Shown: positions 51,916 to 56,185 of the stretch, in pieces
Layout of the letters: each line of letters begins with the position of its first letter
Position numbering within the stretch: the stretch's first letter is position 1
From: Bdellovibrionota bacterium
GTDB lineage: Bacteria; Bdellovibrionota_C; UBA2361; OMII01
Assembly (NCBI GenBank): GCA_044356215.1
Contig: JBIKWQ010000011.1
Span: 1 to 56,185, forward strand
Direction of reading: 5' to 3'
DNA: 56,185 nt
The notes under the pieces: generated by a model
What the model was told of the DNA's origin: nothing
What the model saw: the letters and a program-made list of their open reading frames with translations, nothing else
Databases searched by the model: none
Program-made: the position numbers and the translations under genes

Positions 51916-52673
51916 TAAAGGTAACCTCTATAAGTCGTTCGTTCGGTGACAAGGAGGTTCTATCTGACGTCAGCTTCTCGCTTAAGCCGGCATCAATCAA
52001 TGGACTTATCGGACCAAGTGGCGGCGGAAAGAGTATCCTTTTTAAAATCATCGCTAATACCTGCAGAGCCGATCGAGGATCGGTAACTTTCCCGCAGGGT
52101 ACTTCGCACCTGGATGTCGGGCTGATGTTTCAAGAGGGGGCTCTTTTTGATTCGCTTTCGGTCTACGATAATATCGCTTTCCCACTTGTAGGAGGTAAGG
52201 TTCCGACAACTGGATTGCCACGTGAGCTGCGTCAGGAGGTGTGTGACAAAGTTAGTGAGATCCTCGCTCGAGTTGGATTATCGCGCGCGGCGTACAAGAT
52301 GCCAGGTCAGCTTAGTGGTGGAATGCGGCGGCGAGTATCATTAGCTCGAGCCTTGGTCGCACGGCCGAAGATATTGCTCTTAGACGATCCAACGAGCGGA
52401 CTAGATCCAGTAGTTAGCCGCGTAATAATGGACCTAATCGCCGAGCTGCATAACGATTACAAGCCGACTACCTTCTTGGTGAGTCATGATCTAAGGAGGC
52501 TCTTGCCGGTAGTAGAGCGGATCTTAGCTCTTTTCGACGGGACGATAGCTTTCGATGGGACGCTGACGGATTTAGCGAACAGCGCCCCGGCTTTTGTGCG
52601 AAGTTTTGTTTCCTGTCGTTTCGAGTTGCCAGCACCAGCACCAGTCGCTGCTACAGAGTCTCCAGTTGTTTAA
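51912..52673 (+). CDS. ABC transporter ATPase, MlaF-like
   Basis: GPSGGGKS, FQEGALFDSL, LSGGMRRR, DDPTSGLDP. Confidence 0.85.
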   Translation: MIKVTSISRSFGDKEVLSDVSFSLKPASINGLIGPSGGGKSILFKIIANTCRADRGSVTFPQGTSHLDVGLMFQEGALFDSLSVYDNIAFPLVGGKVPTTGLPRELRQEVCDKVSEILARVGLSRAAYKMPGQLSGGMRRRVSLARALVARPKILLLDDPTSGLDPVVSRVIMDLIAELHNDYKPTTFLVSHDLRRLLPVVERILALFDGTIAFDGTLTDLANSAPAFVRSFVSCRFELPAPAPVAATESPVV

Positions 52674-52688
52674 AGAGGACCGTCATTT

Positions 52689-53597
52689 ATGCGAAAATTT
52701 AAAGCTATATCGGAGTCCAGAGAGCGTTTTCTCTCTGGTATCGGCGTCCCCGAGAAGGGGGAGTTCCATGTCGACCATTTTCAACGTGAAGCGATCGATA
52801 ACTTGGTCAACGGGATCGACACTCTGGTAGTAGCCCCAACCGGTTCAGGAAAAACATACATCGCGATTGAAGCGATGAAGAGTTTGCTCGCGCGTAACAA
52901 GCGGGCGATCTACACCACCCCACTAAAAGCCCTATCAAATACTAAATTCAGTGAATTCCAGCACATTTTTGGACCCGATCACTCGGTTGGTTTATTAACC
53001 GGAGATCGAAAGATTGAGGGAGATTCGGATGTAGTGATCGCCACAACAGAGATCTATCGAAATGAGCTCTACCGCGGTGATGTGCGCTATTCGCTCGTAA
53101 TCCTCGATGAGGTTCACTATATTGCTGATCCACAACGGGGACCTGTGTGGGAGGAGAGTATTATTCTTACCCCGAGCGAGTCGACCCTGCTTATGTTATC
53201 GGCCTCAATCTCAAACGCTGAGGAGATCGCGGCGTGGATTGAGGAGGTTCGTAACAAAGAGTGTCGCATAGTAATCAAACGAGATCGTCCAGTGGAATTA
53301 AGGTATGGATTTCTACACCCACAGTTCGGGGTGATCCCGCTTAGTGATGAAAAGGGGCATTTATCCCCAGAGGTATCTCACTTTTACGGTTCAAGTGAGG
53401 TTGACATGATGGGGATGCGAGTTGGAGGGAATGGTGATAGGCGTGGTCGCCGAGAAGGAGACCGCTCTAGGGGTTCTTCTGAGGGTGATGGTGGTCGTAG
53501 AGGTGGGCGTAGTTTTGGTGGCCGAGGTTCAGCCGGTCGAGGATCTGGAGGTCGAAGCTCTGGTGGCCGTGGACCTCGCGGAAGAGGTGGGAGATAG
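52689..53597 (+). CDS. Ski2/HelY-like helicase, RecA1 half with RGG-rich tail
   Basis: APTGSGKT, PLKALSN, TGD, TTEI, DEVH, SAS, RPVEL; Gly/Arg-rich C-terminus. Confidence 0.85.
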   Translation: MRKFKAISESRERFLSGIGVPEKGEFHVDHFQREAIDNLVNGIDTLVVAPTGSGKTYIAIEAMKSLLARNKRAIYTTPLKALSNTKFSEFQHIFGPDHSVGLLTGDRKIEGDSDVVIATTEIYRNELYRGDVRYSLVILDEVHYIADPQRGPVWEESIILTPSESTLLMLSASISNAEEIAAWIEEVRNKECRIVIKRDRPVELRYGFLHPQFGVIPLSDEKGHLSPEVSHFYGSSEVDMMGMRVGGNGDRRGRREGDRSRGSSEGDGGRRGGRSFGGRGSAGRGSGGRSSGGRGPRGRGGR

Positions 53598-53599
53598 AG

Positions 53600-55018
53600 A
53601 TGATGTATAATGATTTTCCAGCACACATCATCTTGCGCGAGCTAGAGAGCGATAATCTTCTTCCAGCGATCCTTTTTCGCACGGCGCGTAAACAGTGCGA
53701 CGTGGATGTTGAGAGTTTGGCTCGCAACGATCAGACAGTGCTTAATCAGGAGCAACGTTTAAGGATCGAGGCAGAGGTAAAAAAAGTTATAGATAAGTAC
53801 GGATTCGATCCCGATTTTATTACCGGCTATCCTCAATACAACGCCTTAATATCAACCGGGGTAGGGGCGCATCACGCTGGGCAGCTATTGATCTGGCGCT
53901 TGCTTCTTGAGGAGCTGATGTCGCGGGGAATGTTACGGCTCCTGGTCGCGACTGGGACCGTCGCCGCTGGGGTGGATTTCCCCGCGCGTACGGCAGTTGT
54001 GACAGCTCACAGTCGTAGAGGCTCCGAGGGGTTTAGTGTGCTATCGCCAGCGGAGTTTCAGCAGATGGCGGGCCGAGCAGGACGGCGTGGTAAGGACGCC
54101 GTTGGAGTGTGTATCATCACACCGAGTCGCTTCTCGGATGCTCGTGTTCTTCTTGAGGTATCGAAGCGGCCACCTGAGCCTTTGAGATCTCAGTATTTCG
54201 CCGCGCCATCAACGGTTCTTAATCTGCTTAAGTATCGTAACGTAGATGACCTGCAGTACACAGTAGAGCGTAGCTTGGGATCTTTCCTTGATCGCAACGG
54301 AGCGAGTCGTTTGCGACAACAGGCGTTAACAGAGCAAGAGAGTATCGACAGCGACACCTCTCTAAAGGGAGAGAAGCTCAAGAAAGCAGAGAAGAGAGTT
54401 CGCAGGATACTCAGAGAGGCCGAGGAGCTAGAGCAGCGCCAAGAGGTCTCATTAGCGGCGTCGTTAGATGGACTGCGGAATCTAGGCTATGTGGAGGGTG
54501 GTAGTCTAACAGAGAAGGGTGGTTGGGCGGCCGAGCTTTGCACTAGCTTGGTGCTTGAGCTGGGTGAGGCGATTGCTTCAGGTCTCTTTGATGATTGCGC
54601 GTTGTTTGAGTTGGTGGGGCTCGTTGCCAGTATCGCTGGAGACCCACACCGGCCGTACTTTAAATTAAAAGAGAATCCGGTAAAGCCAGACCTGTATAAG
54701 GCGATGAAGGATATCGTCAACAGAGTCCATGACCTCTATAAAGGACCAGGGTTGTCCGAAGTTGAGGTTCTGCCCGATGCCGCATTAACTGTGATAACTT
54801 GGATGGATTCAGAGACGTGGCCTGAGTTCGCCGGATTGCTGAGACTCTCAGGTGTGGCCGATGGCGACGTGGCGAGGTTAGTAGGCCAGACAGCGGATCA
54901 CTTGAATCAGCTCACGCGGCTTGAAAAGACTCATCCGGTGTTAGCGCAGTCAGCTAAGGTGGCGCGTAGTAGGCTGCTTAGGCCGCCGTTCTCTGAGACT
55001 TTGTTGGTGGTTGATTAG
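53600..55018 (+). CDS. Ski2/HelY-like helicase, RecA2 and C-terminal half
   Basis: LPAILF, HHAG, ATGTVAAGVDFPART, QMAGRAGRRG, helical C-terminal region. Confidence 0.85.
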   Translation: MMYNDFPAHIILRELESDNLLPAILFRTARKQCDVDVESLARNDQTVLNQEQRLRIEAEVKKVIDKYGFDPDFITGYPQYNALISTGVGAHHAGQLLIWRLLLEELMSRGMLRLLVATGTVAAGVDFPARTAVVTAHSRRGSEGFSVLSPAEFQQMAGRAGRRGKDAVGVCIITPSRFSDARVLLEVSKRPPEPLRSQYFAAPSTVLNLLKYRNVDDLQYTVERSLGSFLDRNGASRLRQQALTEQESIDSDTSLKGEKLKKAEKRVRRILREAEELEQRQEVSLAASLDGLRNLGYVEGGSLTEKGGWAAELCTSLVLELGEAIASGLFDDCALFELVGLVASIAGDPHRPYFKLKENPVKPDLYKAMKDIVNRVHDLYKGPGLSEVEVLPDAALTVITWMDSETWPEFAGLLRLSGVADGDVARLVGQTADHLNQLTRLEKTHPVLAQSAKVARSRLLRPPFSETLLVVD

Positions 55019-55034
55019 AAGAGGAACGCATGTA

Positions 55035-56120
55035 ATGAAAAAAAACAGTAAGAGCAGTCTCGCAGTAATAGCTGCGGTATTTTCATTATGTGCTCAGGTT
55101 ATTGCAGAGGATCGTGGGTGTTCAATCACCGCCGCCATGTTTATGCCGCTATCTGGTCCAGCAGCTACCGTCGGTGACGATTTCCGTAAGGCGGCTCTCT
55201 TATCTCATGAGAAGCTGCCGCCTCAGGTACGTGACAGAATTAAGTTGGTATTTGAAGACACCCAATTAAACGCCACAGTGGCGGTAAGCGCGCACCGTTC
55301 TCTCGCTGCCAGAGATAAACTAGATGCGGTAGTTGTCGCGTTCGGGGAGTCCGCTAACGCGCTAGCTCCGATAGTTAATAAGTCAGGGATACCATTTATC
55401 GGGTGCGCTCCGACACGTGACTTTTTTAAGGACAGGCCCTTTGCCTTCAGACACTGGACCGACGCGGAGCATATGTCCCCACTCCTAGTTGATGATCTAT
55501 TAAGGCAAGGCAAGAAAGAGATAGGACTAGTTTTCTCAGAGCATCCGGCGATGGCCGAGTTCGCGGAGTATTTTAAGCGATATGCGGAGTCTCGGGGGAT
55601 AAGATTTTTAAGAGAGGAGTCGGTGCTTCCCTCTGATACTGATTTTAGAGGGGTCTCCGCCCGTATCTCATCAAAGAAGCCTGATGCTGTCGTGTACTTC
55701 CTTTTGCCACCGCAGCCATCTCAGTTCGCCAAGCAGTATAGAGTGGTTGACTCGCTTACTCCGTTTTTTTCATTTGTGAATACAGAATCGGAGAACGAGG
55801 TAGCTGCGGCGCAGGGGGCTCTCGAGGGGATAATCTACGCCGCGCCGCGCTTTATACCGAGCTTTATAGAGGACTTTAGCGCGCGGTATGGAGGCAATTA
55901 CCCTGAAATATGTTCGGAGCCATTCTACGACATCGTTCAGATGCTTGGCCAGGCAGCGCTGAGTGGCAAGTGTTCGTCAGTCGAGCTGCGTGATTTCTTA
56001 GCTGGCCTTAAGTCATTTAATGGAGTCGCTGGGAACTATGAAGTCACAGACGACCGGGATTTCCAACTTAATGTTGAATTGAGAACCGTCAGAAAAGGGA
56101 AATTTACTAAGCTTAATTAG
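55035..56120 (+). CDS. Periplasmic binding protein, LivJ/branched-chain amino acid type
   Basis: Signal peptide, PLSGPAA..G, EDT, TDFR, YD, F.GVAG. Confidence 0.85.
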   Translation: MKKNSKSSLAVIAAVFSLCAQVIAEDRGCSITAAMFMPLSGPAATVGDDFRKAALLSHEKLPPQVRDRIKLVFEDTQLNATVAVSAHRSLAARDKLDAVVVAFGESANALAPIVNKSGIPFIGCAPTRDFFKDRPFAFRHWTDAEHMSPLLVDDLLRQGKKEIGLVFSEHPAMAEFAEYFKRYAESRGIRFLREESVLPSDTDFRGVSARISSKKPDAVVYFLLPPQPSQFAKQYRVVDSLTPFFSFVNTESENEVAAAQGALEGIIYAAPRFIPSFIEDFSARYGGNYPEICSEPFYDIVQMLGQAALSGKCSSVELRDFLAGLKSFNGVAGNYEVTDDRDFQLNVELRTVRKGKFTKLN

Positions 56121-56185
56121 CAACAGGGTATCGCAGTGTTTTTGGTAAGCTGTTGGGATAATAAGTAAAATATTTTTACCACAGA

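Noticed and set aside
1..56185. tRNA, rRNA, tmRNA, RNase P, SRP, prophage or defence genes
   Set aside because: No hallmark sequences or protein motifs recognised by eye; a covariance-model scan is needed to exclude them fully

Overview
Core-chromosome segment of a Gram-negative bacterium. LpxD, the Tat genes and the tilS-ftsH-cdaA-cdaR-glmM...nnr...tsaE-lysC order suggest a former-Deltaproteobacteria/Bdellovibrionota-like lineage (inference). It is mostly housekeeping: two GT-C-like membrane glycosyltransferases, argJ, ugd-uxs-lepA, gnd, an M48 protease, an ABC-F ATPase, the c-di-AMP module, argG-dapE, an S8 protease, murC-murB-ftsQ-ftsA-ftsZ, sufS, a cold-shock protein, a hybrid kinase and dus. 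No rRNA, tRNA, CRISPR array or transposase was seen. The unexplained structure is mainly non-coding. (1) A 183-bp MITE family has 17-bp TIRs and YTAR target duplications (IS5-like) and four copies: one carries a nested 69-bp palindromic insert, one is a 48-bp deletion derivative, and one rewrote the C-terminus of the ABC-F gene. (2) A promoter-to-terminator ~135-nt sRNA candidate with CCCUCCCC/CUUCCCC loop motifs lies between tatC and lpxD. (3) A long fold-back element lies upstream of an uncharacterised 95-aa gene. (4) A Ski2/HelY-like RNA helicase is split into two ORFs at an RGG-rich loop. (5) A 15-bp triple direct repeat lies between csp and the hybrid kinase. All family calls come from recognising motifs by eye; no searches were run.
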